Of a stretch of DNA of 64,000 nucleotides, positions 43,835-57,187 are shown in pieces. Source of the DNA: Gemmatimonadota bacterium (GTDB lineage Bacteria > Gemmatimonadota > Gemmatimonadetes > Longimicrobiales > Gaopeijiaceae); the NCBI GenBank assembly GCA_009692205.1, contig SHZR01000004.1:48635-112634 (forward strand), given 5' to 3'. A program made the position numbers and the translations under genes. The notes under the pieces are model-generated. The model worked only from the letters and a program-made list of their open reading frames with translations, was not told where the DNA came from and made no database searches. Numbering within the stretch: position 1 is the first letter of the stretch; each line of letters starts with the position of its first letter.

Positions 43835-43854
43835 CGCGCACTCCCGCGAGGAGA

Positions 43855-44763
43855 CTACAGCACCCCCGCTGCGCGCATCACGGCCTCGCACTTGGTGCGG
43901 ATCTCGCTTCCGACCGCGAATGGGTCTCCGTTCACGTACTCGGGCCGGAAGAGCTCGACCGACAGCGCCCCGGCGTATCCCTTCTCGACGAGCTTGCGGA
44001 TGATCGGCACGACGGGCGCGATGCCGTCTCCGGGGATCAGCCGCGAGTTGTTGTTGATCAACTCACGGGGCCCAGCGAGCAGGTCCTGGAAGTGCGCATG
44101 AGCGAGCTCGCCCGGCTCGAGCAGATCGAGGTCTTCGAACTTCGAGAGCCCCGACCAGAAGTGGAAGAAGTCGAGCATGGGCCGCACGTTCGGATGATCC
44201 GCCGCGCGGATCATCTCGAGTGAGGACGTGAGCGTCGCGAGGTGCGTCGAGGTGCGCGTGAATTCGATCATCGCGACCAAGTCGAACTCCCGCGCGATCT
44301 CGCCGGCCTCGCGGATGCAGGCGGGCGTCGCCGCGAAATCCTCGGGTGTCACCGGTCGGTTCGTGAGCGAGGGGGCGTAGATCCTCTCGAGGCCCAGGCT
44401 CTTGAACTGTTCGCAGCGCCGGCGCCACGTCTGAAGCGACTCCGCGCGCGCGGGCCCCGGAATCCAGATGTCCTGGAGCGCCGCTGCTGCCGACACGGGC
44501 GTGAGGCCCAGGTCGGTCAGCAGCGCTCGGGCCCCCACCAGCGTGTCCCCTTCGAGGAACCCGTCGAGAAGGCCGTCGTTCAGCTCGACGTTGCGGATGC
44601 CTGCCCGGGCCCACCCCTCGAGCGAGCCCCGGAAGCCGGCCCCTCGCGAGGTATTCTGGTGCATGGCGAGCGCCATGCGGCCCGCTTGCGCGGGCTGGAC
44701 GCGGACGCGCGCCGCGAGCGGGGCGGCGACGGATGCTGCCAGGAAGTCTCGGCGGGTGACCAT
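43855..44763 (-). CDS. TAT-exported sugar phosphate isomerase/epimerase (xylose-isomerase-like TIM barrel)
   Basis: MVTRRDFLAASVAAPLAA twin-arginine signal. ...HAHFQD...ALSVELF is typical of the AP-endonuclease-2/xylose isomerase-like fold. Confidence 0.75.
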   Translation of the reverse strand: MVTRRDFLAASVAAPLAARVRVQPAQAGRMALAMHQNTSRGAGFRGSLEGWARAGIRNVELNDGLLDGFLEGDTLVGARALLTDLGLTPVSAAAALQDIWIPGPARAESLQTWRRRCEQFKSLGLERIYAPSLTNRPVTPEDFAATPACIREAGEIAREFDLVAMIEFTRTSTHLATLTSSLEMIRAADHPNVRPMLDFFHFWSGLSKFEDLDLLEPGELAHAHFQDLLAGPRELINNNSRLIPGDGIAPVVPIIRKLVEKGYAGALSVELFRPEYVNGDPFAVGSEIRTKCEAVMRAAGVL

Positions 44764-44855
44764 GAGCGGTACGGTATCGCCGATTGCGAGCCGCCGCCAC
44801 GCCCCGCGATCTTCGCCGGATGCAGCAACCTCGTCGACCGAGGAAGTGGGTTTCC

Positions 44856-45296
44856 ATGGTGCTCGCGCTCGTGCGCAGCGTCGGCTTGGCCCTGCTGATC
44901 TACGGGGTGCTCATGTTCGCACTCCAGCGACGGCTGGCCTTTCCGGGGGCCTCCCGGGAATCGCTTCGCGCGACCGCTACCGAGCCGCCCGGCGTGACGC
45001 AGGCCTGGCTCGACGCGTCGTTCGGCAGCGCCGAGGCTTGGTTCTTCGGCGCCCCCGCCAGGGCCACCGCCCCGACCATCGTGTTCGCGCACGGCAACGG
45101 CGAGTTGATCGAAGACTGGGAGAGCGCGATGGAGCGAGTGGCCCGCTCCGGTGTTGTCAGGGTAAGCTTTTCGGGCCCTAGTAGTGGCATTTTCGAGGGT
45201 AAAGGCGTCGCTGATTTTGCAGCGATTTCGGCGAGTGAGATGCCCCGCGCCGGCCCGCGAGGAACCCCCGAATACTGCTCTTCCGACTTGAGTTGA
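44856..45296 (+). pseudogene. N-terminal fragment of an alpha/beta hydrolase (family similarity ends near 45150)
   Basis: MVLALVRSVGLALLIYGVLMFALQRRLAFPG...TIVFAHGNGELIEDW matches the N-terminal third of membrane-anchored alpha/beta hydrolases. After ...RVARSGV the ORF runs into lower-GC, low-GC3 sequence. It stops without the nucleophile-elbow (GxSxG) region. Confidence 0.5.
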
Positions 45297-45537
45297 CTAC
45301 ACCCTCGAACTGCCATCCGAACTGGCTCATGATCGATTCCTTCCCCATCGCGCTGCGGTAACGTGCCACGTCGCCGGTGAAGGTCGTGAAGCCGAACCGC
45401 GGTCCCGACAGCCGCTGCCTCGGGAGCTCGCGGGCCCTCATCGCCTCGGGAATCGGATCGGTCTGGGCGGAGGCCTGCTCGAAGCCGAGGCCGCTGAGCA
45501 GAGTAGCCAGCGCTAGGATGCTGATGGAGCGGAACAT
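45178..45537 (-). CDS. Small exported protein, probably 3'-truncated (native coding signal ends near 45310)
   Basis: The ATG at 45537 gives MFRSISILALATLLSGLGFEQASAQ, followed by ...SGPRFGFTTFTGDVA...SQFGWQFE. The last 40 or so codons (GVVNSSRKSSIRGFLAG...RKCHY) have poor GC3 and odd composition. Confidence 0.45.
   Translation of the reverse strand: MFRSISILALATLLSGLGFEQASAQTDPIPEAMRARELPRQRLSGPRFGFTTFTGDVARYRSAMGKESIMSQFGWQFEGVVNSSRKSSIRGFLAGRRGASHSPKSLQNQRRLYPRKCHY
45185..45315. repeat. Imperfect inverted repeat bracketing a roughly 100-bp lower-GC segment
   Basis: TGGCAttTTCGAGGGT (45185-45200) versus ACCCTCGAActGCCA (45301-45315). The perfect 9-bp core is TTCGAGGGT/ACCCTCGAA. An internal hairpin TCGCTG-attttg-CAGCGA lies at 45208-45225. 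Confidence 0.4.
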
Positions 45538-45611
45538 CGGCGTTCTCCTTTGACGGGGTCCTTTCTGCGCGTTCATGGGAGAACGACGCCTGTTCGCGTC
45601 GGGGGCATCTC

Positions 45612-45713
45612 TACGTATGAGGACGCAGACGACCCCGCGGGTGACGTAGGCCCGTGCGCCGCGTTGCGATCTACGTCACGCAGGCGGTCGATTACGTCGA
45701 CCCACGTATGGGG
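45612..45713. promoter_or_regulatory. Cluster of five ACGT-core motifs in a divergent intergenic region
   Basis: TACGTATGAGG (45612-45622), GTGACGTAG (45641-45649), its exact inverted partner CTACGTCAC (45671-45679), TTACGTCGAC (45692-45701) and ACGTATGGGG (45704-45713). Confidence 0.4.
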
Positions 45714-45774
45714 CGAGGGGCAGTGGCGCCGGTAGCGTTCGGCAACCGAAAACGACCTGCCTCGAGGTTCCCCC

Positions 45775-46296
45775 ATGAACAGCCTGCACCACCACCCGAT
45801 GGCGAGACTCGCGCTGGCGCTGCTGGCATTCGCCCCGAGCCCGGCCGTCGCCCAGTCGACGGTGGCCTTGGCACCCGGCGATGATGTGCGCGTCGCGTGG
45901 TTCGAACAGTCGCCGACGTTCACGGCGTTTCGCGTCGTGAGAATTGAGTCGTTCGACGTCGTGCGCTCCGACGAGAATCAGCTCTTGGGAAGGCGGGGGC
46001 AGAAGGTGTTCCTCATCGATCCCGGAGCTTTGCGGACGGTGCAGCGCAGGATCGGCACCAAACCTGTGTCTGCGCCGGAGGTGGTCCTGGGGTCCGGGGC
46101 GGGCTTCGCCCTGGGCTTTCTAGTCGGCGCTCTCGGAGCCTCCGCGAACGGAAGTGGCGATGTGGCCAATGCAGGTCTGTCCTCCGGTGTGCTTCTGGGC
46201 GCCCCGCTCGGTGCGTTCGTCGCCTGGGTCGCCTCCCGGAGCAGGGGGATCTACGAGGACGTGGAGGTTCACCGCCTGGGGCTTTCGCGTAGGTGA
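45775..46296 (+). CDS. Exported hypothetical protein with C-terminal glycine-zipper-like hydrophobic segment
   Basis: Signal MARLALALLAFAPSPAVAQ (alternative ATG at 45799). GSGAGFALGFLVGALGASANG...GVLLGAPLGAFVAWVA. No family recognised. Confidence 0.55.
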   Translation: MNSLHHHPMARLALALLAFAPSPAVAQSTVALAPGDDVRVAWFEQSPTFTAFRVVRIESFDVVRSDENQLLGRRGQKVFLIDPGALRTVQRRIGTKPVSAPEVVLGSGAGFALGFLVGALGASANGSGDVANAGLSSGVLLGAPLGAFVAWVASRSRGIYEDVEVHRLGLSRR

Positions 46297-46313
46297 TGCC
46301 GCGTAGGTGATGC
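46286..46313. repeat. Perfect 14-nt tandem duplication (CGCGTAGGTGATGC x2) spanning the stop codon of 45775-46296
   Basis: Positions 46286-46299 equal 46300-46313. The TGA at 46294-46296 lies in the first copy. Confidence 0.95.
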
Positions 46314-46389
46314 CTGTCACGATCGAGTCCGGGACCCTAGGCTCCCCGGGACCTCGGTGTCCGAGCATCCATCCTCGAGGGAGTGACAA

Positions 46390-47148
46390 TTGATCGACGT
46401 GACCGACCACGGCCGGGTTCGCGAGCTCCGGCTGAACCGCCCGCCCGCGAACGCGTTCAACCCCGCGCTCGTCGCCGAGCTCACCAAGCAGATCACCGCC
46501 GCGCCCGCGGCGGGCGCCGAAGCCATCGTCATCTCCGGCGCTCCGGGCTTGTTCACGGGAGGACTCGACGTGCCCGAGCTGCTGACGCTCACGCGGGACG
46601 AGATGCGCGCGTTCTTCCGGGCGTTCTATACACTGCTTCGCGAGGTCGCGGCGTCCGAGGTACCGGTCGCGGCCGCGCTCACGGGTCACTCTCCCGCCGC
46701 GGGCGCCGTGCTCGCCGTGTTCTGCGACCAGCGCGTGATGGCCGCGGGCCGCTACAAGATCGGCATGAACGAGGTGCAGGTCGGGCTCGCTGTGCCGCCC
46801 ATGCTCCAGTACGCGATGAAACGGCTCGTCGGCCCCCGACAGGGCGACGCGCTGCTGATCGCCGGAGCGCTCGTCACTCCGGAGGAGGCGCTGCGCATCG
46901 GACTGGTCGACGCCGTGGTGCCCGTCGAAGAGGTGGTGCCCAGCGCCATCAAGTGGGCCGAAGGCCTCATCGCGCTGCCGCGCGCGGCGATGCGCGACAC
47001 CCGCCGGACCGCGCGGGCCGATCTCGCGGCGCAGTTCCGCGACGTGAGCGAAGCGAGCCATGACGAGGCGGCGGCTCGCTGGTTCGGCGAAGAGACCCGC
47101 GCGACCATGCGCGCCCTCGTGGAGCGCATCGGCAAGCGCGGAGCGTAG
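46390..47148 (+). CDS. Enoyl-CoA hydratase/isomerase family protein
   Basis: TTG start. VRELRLNRPPANAFNPALV...AIVISGAPGLFTGGLDV...AALTGHSPAAGAVLAVFCDQRVM. Confidence 0.8.
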   Translation: MIDVTDHGRVRELRLNRPPANAFNPALVAELTKQITAAPAAGAEAIVISGAPGLFTGGLDVPELLTLTRDEMRAFFRAFYTLLREVAASEVPVAAALTGHSPAAGAVLAVFCDQRVMAAGRYKIGMNEVQVGLAVPPMLQYAMKRLVGPRQGDALLIAGALVTPEEALRIGLVDAVVPVEEVVPSAIKWAEGLIALPRAAMRDTRRTARADLAAQFRDVSEASHDEAAARWFGEETRATMRALVERIGKRGA

Positions 47149-47151
47149 CAC

Positions 47152-47188
47152 CGCGAGCTCCGCGACGGGGGCCCGCGGCTAGCTCGCG
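47152..47188. terminator. Hairpin between the convergent enoyl-CoA hydratase and ppdK genes
   Basis: CGCGAGCTCCGCG...CGCGGctAGCTCGCG (about a 13-bp stem with a 2-nt bulge). No U-tracts. Confidence 0.4.
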
Positions 47189-47193
47189 AGCCG

Positions 47194-50010
<2,817 letters not shown>

Positions 50011-50143
50011 TGTCCAATCCTTGTCCGAAACGCGATTTGACCGCCTAAATGTACGCCCCCATCTCGCCGAATGGTAAGCTCCGCGCGCGGGAATCCGCCT
50101 CCGACGGCTGGCCCATCCGGAAGGGCCAAGGTATAGCTTCCGC

Positions 50144-51124
50144 ATGAAAACACGCATCACCGAGTTGTTCGGAATCGAGCATCCCATCATCCAGGGCGGG
50201 ATGCACTATGTCGGCTACGCCGAATTGGCCTCTGCGGTCTCGAACGCGGGCGCGCTCGGCATCCTCACAGGGCTCACGCAGCCCACGCCCGGGGACCTCG
50301 CCAAAGAGATCGCGCGGTGCCGAGCCATGACCGACCGACCTTTCGGGGTCAACCTCACCATCCTGCCCTCGTTCCGCGACGTGTCGTACGCCGAGTACGT
50401 GCGCGTGATCGTCGAGAGCGGCGTGAAGATCGTCGAGACCGCGGGCCGGAACCCGGAGCCCTTCCTGCCGGCGCTCAAGTCCGCCGGCATCAAGGTGATC
50501 CACAAGTGCACGTCGGTGCGGCATGCGCTCAAGGCCGAACGGATTGGGTGTGACGCCGCGAGCGTCGACGGCTTCGAGTGCGGCGGGCACCCCGGCGAGG
50601 ACGACGTGCCCAACATGATCCTGCTCCCTCGCGCCGCGGAGGAGCTCACGATTCCGTTCGTGTCCTCGGGCGGCATGGCGGACGGCCGGAGTCTCGTCGC
50701 CTCGCTCGCGCTCGGCGCGGACGGCATGAACATGGGCACGCGCTTCATCGCCACGAAGGAGGCCCCCGTGCACGAGAACGTGAAGCGCAGGCTCGTGGAG
50801 GCGGACGAGCTCCAGACGCGGCTCGTCATGCGTTCCCTGAAGAATACCGAGCGCGTGCTGAACAACGCCGCCACCGAGGAGGTGCTGCGTATCGAGCGCG
50901 AGAAGGGCGACGCCGTCACCATCGAAGACATCCGGCACCTGGTCGCGGGAGAACAAGGAAGGAAGGTGCTCCAGGACGGCGACCTCGACGCGGGCGTGTG
51001 GAGCTGCGGCATGGTGGCGGGTCTCATCCACGACATCCCGACGTGCAAAGAGCTCATCGACCGGATCATGGCCGAGGCGAGAAGCATTATCCGGGAGAGG
51101 TTGGAGGGGTTCCTCGCGGCCTAG
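50144..51124 (+). CDS. Nitronate monooxygenase / NAD(P)H-dependent flavin oxidoreductase (2-nitropropane dioxygenase family)
   Basis: ITELFGIEHPIIQGGMHYVGYAELASAVSNAGALGIL...VDGFECGGHPGE...GGMADGRS. Confidence 0.85.
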   Translation: MKTRITELFGIEHPIIQGGMHYVGYAELASAVSNAGALGILTGLTQPTPGDLAKEIARCRAMTDRPFGVNLTILPSFRDVSYAEYVRVIVESGVKIVETAGRNPEPFLPALKSAGIKVIHKCTSVRHALKAERIGCDAASVDGFECGGHPGEDDVPNMILLPRAAEELTIPFVSSGGMADGRSLVASLALGADGMNMGTRFIATKEAPVHENVKRRLVEADELQTRLVMRSLKNTERVLNNAATEEVLRIEREKGDAVTIEDIRHLVAGEQGRKVLQDGDLDAGVWSCGMVAGLIHDIPTCKELIDRIMAEARSIIRERLEGFLAA

Positions 51125-51151
51125 GCGCCGCGGTGTCGGCTCCCACGGGTG

Positions 51152-52330
51152 CTAGCGTTCGGGCGCCTCGCCTGCGTATCCCGTAAGCTCAACGTAGCCG
51201 CGGCCCTCGACGGGGGCGCCGCCCTCTCCGGTTCCCCGCACGAAGACCGCGCCCTCCCAGTACCGGAACGCCAGGTCGAGCTCCTGATCGGGGATACGAG
51301 GCTCGACCGCGAGGCTCCAGCCGTGCCCGGGAACCGTCACCCGCCATCCGGACGGGTACACGGCGTCGTCGATCGGGGAGGTCCACGTGCCGGTGCTCTC
51401 CATGATGATCTGGGTGCCCCACGCTAGTCGTGTGGGCACGCCGAGCGGATCGACCACCACGGCGTCGCTCCACGCATCGGTGCTCCCGTCGGCGCTACGG
51501 AGCCGATAGGCCATCAGGTCCCAACCGTCATCGAGTTGGATCGCGAACCAGTCCCATCCGACCTGGCCTTCGGACAGAGCGGACGTGCTCCACTCGCGGT
51601 CGAGCCACGCCAACCCGCTCACGGCGAGCGTGTCGCCTCCGACGACCAGCGTGCCCGCGGCGGGCATCCGCGTGTGCGAGTAGTAGTAGGAAGCGTTTCC
51701 CGGCCCGGGGCCCTTCTGGCTTAGGCCGCGATCGCCCTGCGGAACGGCGGGCTTCCCGGCCTCGAGCGCGAGGTCGAGCGCGACGTCTCCCTCTCGGGCG
51801 CGCAGCCTCAGCGGGAACGGCTCGGACGTCGTGCCTTCGATGGTCCAGCCCTCGAGCCACACCCGCGATGGGTCCGCCGTCGCGCCCGCGAGTTCCACCG
51901 CGCCGCGTGCGAAGCGCTCGTACGCGTGGAAGCGCTCCGCGGACACGTCCGTGACGGTGAAGTGCGCCATGTAGGCCTGATTCGTAGCCCAGGCCGAGCG
52001 GGAGTCGGGGATGCGGGGCGCGAGGGCGCTGCGGAAGATCGTGAGTTGGAACCCGAAGTCGCGGCCGCTGGTCGACGTGAGGTTGCCCGTGACGTACCAC
52101 CACTCGGTGCGAAAGCCCGGGTGCGGCCCGTGGTCGGCGGGGAAGTCGAAGTCTCGCGGCGCGAGCGCCCGCTCGTACCCGGCGGTGTCGGCGCCTGCGA
52201 GGGTTTCGGCGAGCGAGAGGCGAGTCTCCGACGCTCGGTCCGTGCCGCCGCATGCGCCGAGGAGGGCGGCTGCCAGGAAGACGAGAAGCCAGCCGCCGCC
52301 GTTACCCTTTCCAGCGGGTGTCACGCCCAT
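51152..52330 (-). CDS. AttH-like / CrtC-like lipocalin-domain lipoprotein
   Basis: The ATG at 52330 gives ...WLLVFLAAALLGACGG (lipobox). FDFPADHGPHPGFRTEWWYVTGNLTSTSGRDFGFQLTIFR is the family signature. The 778-aa ORF-track extension is antisense to the ADH gene. Confidence 0.8.
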   Translation of the reverse strand: MGVTPAGKGNGGGWLLVFLAAALLGACGGTDRASETRLSLAETLAGADTAGYERALAPRDFDFPADHGPHPGFRTEWWYVTGNLTSTSGRDFGFQLTIFRSALAPRIPDSRSAWATNQAYMAHFTVTDVSAERFHAYERFARGAVELAGATADPSRVWLEGWTIEGTTSEPFPLRLRAREGDVALDLALEAGKPAVPQGDRGLSQKGPGPGNASYYYSHTRMPAAGTLVVGGDTLAVSGLAWLDREWSTSALSEGQVGWDWFAIQLDDGWDLMAYRLRSADGSTDAWSDAVVVDPLGVPTRLAWGTQIIMESTGTWTSPIDDAVYPSGWRVTVPGHGWSLAVEPRIPDQELDLAFRYWEGAVFVRGTGEGGAPVEGRGYVELTGYAGEAPER

Positions 52331-52372
52331 CCGCGAGCGGACCCACCCACGGCGTGAACCCAGGAGTGATCC

Positions 52373-53413
52373 ATGCAGGTCCGAGGATACGCAGCCCGGT
52401 CGCCCGAATCCCCTCTCTCCCCGTGGACCTTCGAGCGGCGGAGCCCAGGGGCCAAGGACGTTCGTATCCGGATCGAGCACTGCGGCGTCTGTCACTCCGA
52501 CATTCACTTCGCACGAAACGAGTGGGCCTTCACGACGTACCCTTGCGTTCCCGGACACGAGATCGTGGGCCGAGTCGAACAGGTGGGCATCGGAGTCACC
52601 CGCTATCGCGTAGGGGATCAGGTAGGGGTCGGCTGCTTCGTCGACTCGTGCAGGAAGTGTAAGAGCTGCGCCGACGGGTTCGAGAACTACTGCGAGACCG
52701 GGGTGCGGATGACCTATGGGAGCTTGGAGGCGGACGGAAAGACGCCCACGTACGGTGGCTACGCGACCCAAATCGTCGTCGACGAGGCCTTCGTCCTGAA
52801 AATTCCCGAGACGCTCGACCCGGCCGGGGCGGCTCCGCTCCTTTGTGCGGGCATCACGACCTACTCTCCCCTCCGCCACTTGGGTGTTTCCAAGGGGACG
52901 CGCGTGGCGGTCATGGGACTGGGCGGACTCGGTCACATGGGCGTGAAGCTTGCGGCATCCTTCGGCGCGGAGGTCACGGTCTTGAGCCATTCGCCCTCGA
53001 AGAAGGCGGATGCACAGCGGCTCGGGGCGCACGACTTCGTGCTGACGAGTGGGGAGGGGGCGCTCACGGCGCTGGCGGGCCGATTCGACGTGATTCTCGA
53101 CACGATCTCCGCCGAACACGACTTGAACGGGCCCGTCGGCTGCCTGAAGAGGGATGGCACCCTGATCATGGTGGGCGCGTCGCCGACCCCGTTTTCGATC
53201 GCCGCATTCCCGCTCATCTTCGGGCGCCGGAGCATCATGGGGTCGCTCGTCGGAGGACTGGCCGAGACTCAAGAGATGCTCGATCACTGCGGCAAGCATG
53301 GGATCACCAGCGACATCGAGAGAATCACTCCGGACCAGATCAACGGGGCGTTCGATCGGGCGGTCCGAGGGGACGTCAAGTACCGGTTCGTGATCGACTG
53401 CACCAAGTTCTGA
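52373..53413 (+). CDS. Zinc-type NAD(P)-dependent alcohol dehydrogenase (cinnamyl-ADH/YahK-like)
   Basis: IEHCGVCHSDIH...PCVPGHEIVGRV...CRKCKSCADGFENYC...VMGLGGLGHMGVK. Confidence 0.9.
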   Translation: MQVRGYAARSPESPLSPWTFERRSPGAKDVRIRIEHCGVCHSDIHFARNEWAFTTYPCVPGHEIVGRVEQVGIGVTRYRVGDQVGVGCFVDSCRKCKSCADGFENYCETGVRMTYGSLEADGKTPTYGGYATQIVVDEAFVLKIPETLDPAGAAPLLCAGITTYSPLRHLGVSKGTRVAVMGLGGLGHMGVKLAASFGAEVTVLSHSPSKKADAQRLGAHDFVLTSGEGALTALAGRFDVILDTISAEHDLNGPVGCLKRDGTLIMVGASPTPFSIAAFPLIFGRRSIMGSLVGGLAETQEMLDHCGKHGITSDIERITPDQINGAFDRAVRGDVKYRFVIDCTKF

Positions 53414-53420
53414 GGCGAGC

Positions 53421-55963
53421 TCATTCGCCGCGCAGCGCCACGGCGGGCGAGGTCTTGGACATCCGCCATGCGGGATATACGCCGGCAAGGAGTGCGGCTA
53501 CGAGCGCGAGGCCGAGGGCTTCCGCGAGCACGCCTGGGCCTACCTGCATGTCGAGGGTCCAGCCGAACGAGCGCTTGTTGATCACGAAGATCATGACCGC
53601 CGAGAGCGCGATCCCCATGGGTACGGCGAGGGCGCCCGAGACGAGCCCCATCAGGCCCGTCTGCGTGAGGACGAGCCTCCGCAACTCGGCGGGCTCCAGG
53701 CCCCACGCGCGCATCACTCCTAACTCGCGCGCCCGCTCGAGCTCGAGCGCCATGAGCGCGCTCAGCACCCCGACGAACGCGACGATGAAGGCGAGCATCC
53801 TGAGTACGGCGGTGACCTCGAACGTCCGGTCGAAGACCTCGAGCGATGCCGTGCGGAGCACGTCGTTCGTCCGCGCGACGACCGTGGTGCCCGCGGGAAC
53901 CCTCGTCAGGAGATCTTGGACGACGGCCTCGGAGTCGGCTCCAGCGCGCACGAAGAGCGCGAGAGACGTGACGCCCGAGTCGTCGAAGAAGCGGTCGTAG
54001 AGCTCGCGGCTCACGATGACCGCGCCTTGGTCCGAGCCGTAGTCGTAGAACACGCCTAGGACGGTCAGATCCTGCGGCCCCATGGGCGTCGGAACCTCGA
54101 CCCCTTCGCCGACCTCGACCCGGCGGCGGAACGCGAACGGCTCCGACACGAGAGCGCCCTCGGCACTCTGGAACGCGCGCATGATCGTCGTGGCGTTGCC
54201 CTCGATGAAGTCGAACGTCTCCTCGCCGCGAGGATCCAGGGCGAGCGCGACCAGCCGGTACGCGCCGACCCCGTCCACGATGTCGATGCCACGATAGGTG
54301 CTGTGCCCCACGACATCGGGGTGGGCCACGAACGACGCGATCAACTCGGGCGGCAGCGTCCCACTCGCGCGCGAGGCGGTGGGGCCTGGAAGCGACACGT
54401 AGACGTCGGCGCTCAGCGTCGCGTCGAGCCACTCGGCCAGGGTGCCCCGGAAGCTCTGGATCATGACGCCGAGCCCCACCGTGACGGACACCGCGACGGA
54501 GAGCGCCGCGATGGCCGGCGCCGTCCGGCTGAGCGAGCGCATGAGCCCGCGGGACGCGATGAGCCCGAGGGAGCCCGCGACCCGACCGAGCACCGGTCGG
54601 GACAGGTGCATGCCGAGGAGCGCGCCCGCGGGCGTGAGGAGCGCGAGGCCCCCGACGATGAAGAAGAGCGCGGCGAAGCTGAGTCCCAGGCTGCGGCTGG
54701 GGAGCAGAACGAGCAGCGAGCCCAAGGCGATCGAGACCACTCCGGCCGCGGCCGCGCGAGGGATCATCCGCCGCGACTTGGCCTCGCGCACCGAGCGGAG
54801 CATCGCCAGGCGCGGCTCCGAGGAGGCGGCCTCGAGCGCGGCAGGCAACGCCGCCAGGAGCGTAGCGCCCAGGCCAAGGGCGGCGGCTTTGACGAGGAGC
54901 GCGGGCTCGACTTGCATGCGCTCGACCGATACGGCGAAGTAGAGGTGGTTGATCGTGCGGGTGACGAGGCGGACGAGCCCGCGTCCGAGCAGGACGCCCA
55001 ACACGAGCCCTACGCCCGAGCTCACGACGCCGATCCAGGCGGCCTCGGCGAGGATCACCCTGAGGATCTCGCCGCGTGTGACGCCGAGCGCGCGCAGCCG
55101 CCCGAGCAGCGTGCGGCGCTGCACGACCGAGAACGTCATCGCGTTGTAGATCAAGAACATGCCGAAGATCAGCGCGAGTAAGCTGAGCGCGGTGAGATTC
55201 ACGTCGAACGCGTCGATCATGCCTGCCATCGTCGCCGCGCGTGTCCCCGCGGTGGCGAGCGTCTCACCTGGGGAGAGCAGCGCGCGGATGCGCTCGAGTA
55301 GCAGCGCGGAGTCTGCGCTCTCGGGCACGAGCAGGTCGATTCGGGTGAGCCGGCCCGCGAGGTCGAGCACGTCCTGCGCGCCGGAGATATCCATGAGCAG
55401 CACGTCCGCGAGCCCGGTGCGCGTGAGCTCGTCGGTCGGCTCCAGCGTGCCGATCACCGGCAGGCTCCAGGAGCGCCCCGCGACCAGGACGGGCAGCGAG
55501 TCGCCCACGGCGACCCCAGCGCGGGCCGCGGTCACGGCCGAGAGGACCACGCCGCCCGCGGTGGTCACGAACGAGCCGACGTCGAGCGCCGCGGGCCCGG
55601 CGACGACGAACGGCCGGAACGCCCCCTCGGAGAACGGATCGATGCCGAGGATCCTCAGCGCCTGGCCCGGCAGGAGCGCGGAGGACGCGAACCCCTCCAC
55701 GACGGGCGCGGACGCGCGGAGGCCGGGCTCGTTCCGCAGGCGGGCCACGAGCCGCTCGTCGATCGGGCCGACCTCGCTCGAGATCTGGTGCGTCGCTCTA
55801 CCCGATACCGTCTCAGCCGAGATCTGGAACGCGGTGCGCGCGCTCCGCGTCGCGAGATCGATCGAGAGCACCACCGCCACGCCGAGCGCGACACCCACCA
55901 CCGAGAGGACGAGCTGCATCCGGTGGTGCAGGAGATGGCGAAGGCTCGACTTCGTGAGCAGCC

Positions 55964-55967
<4 letters not shown>
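53421..55967 (-). CDS. FtsX-like ABC transporter permease (large, duplicated MacB-type)
   Basis: GTG start with a GTGA overlap to the ATPase gene. 848 aa with two FtsX-type modules. C-terminal ...AGVYPAWRMSKTSPAVALR. Confidence 0.85.
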
Positions 55968-56680
<713 letters not shown>

Positions 56681-56798
56681 CGTGAGTGGAAGATGGCATG
56701 CCGCCCGCGTTCCGCAGTGGCCGCCTCGTGTCATGCTCCCCTATCATGACGGAGGCCGATGCAGATGCAGCCACCGCGGCCATAGGAGATCGGCCGGC

Positions 56799-57083
56799 AT
56801 GATCGAGGACCTGCGCGGGGACGAGTCCTGGCGGATGTTCCGCATTATCAGCGACTTCACGGAGGGCTTCGACAAGCTCTCCAACCTGGGATGGGCCGTT
56901 TCGATCTTCGGGTCTGCGCGCCTTCCGCCGACCGACGAGTACTACCAGGCGACCGAGCGCCTCGCCGCCGCGCTCACGGCCGAGGGGTGCGCCATCATCA
57001 CCGGCGGCGGACCCGGCATCATGGAGGCCGCCAACAAGGGGGCGCACGGCGCCGGCGTCGACTCCGTGGGTGAGGCGCCATGA
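56799..57083 (+). pseudogene. LOG-family (TIGR00730-type) gene fragment, N-terminal 90 or so codons only
   Basis: ESWRMFRIISDFTEGFDKLSNLGWAVSIFGSARL...AIITGGGPGIMEAANKGAHGAGVDSVG, then EAP-stop. The PGGxGTxxE half of the domain is absent in all frames downstream. Confidence 0.55.
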
Positions 57084-57187
57084 CCTTGTACGGCGTGGCG
57101 GGAGGCGCCCTCAAGGCGCCCGCCTTGCCCGGGGGCGTGAGTGCCGGGAAGATGTCCCCCAGCACCGCCCCCTGCAGGAGATGTCAT

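Noticed and set aside
50011-50143. Sigma-70-type promoters in the ppdK / nitronate monooxygenase divergent region (TTGACC at 50037, TATAGC at 50131)
   Set aside because: The hexamers lack properly spaced partners, so they could not be supported as promoters from the sequence alone.
51152-53488. 778-aa minus-strand ORF in the track
   Set aside because: Only the last 392 codons (from the ATG at 52330, with a lipobox) look like a real AttH-like protein. The N-terminal half is Arg/Asp/His-rich and exactly antisense to a well-supported Zn-ADH gene.
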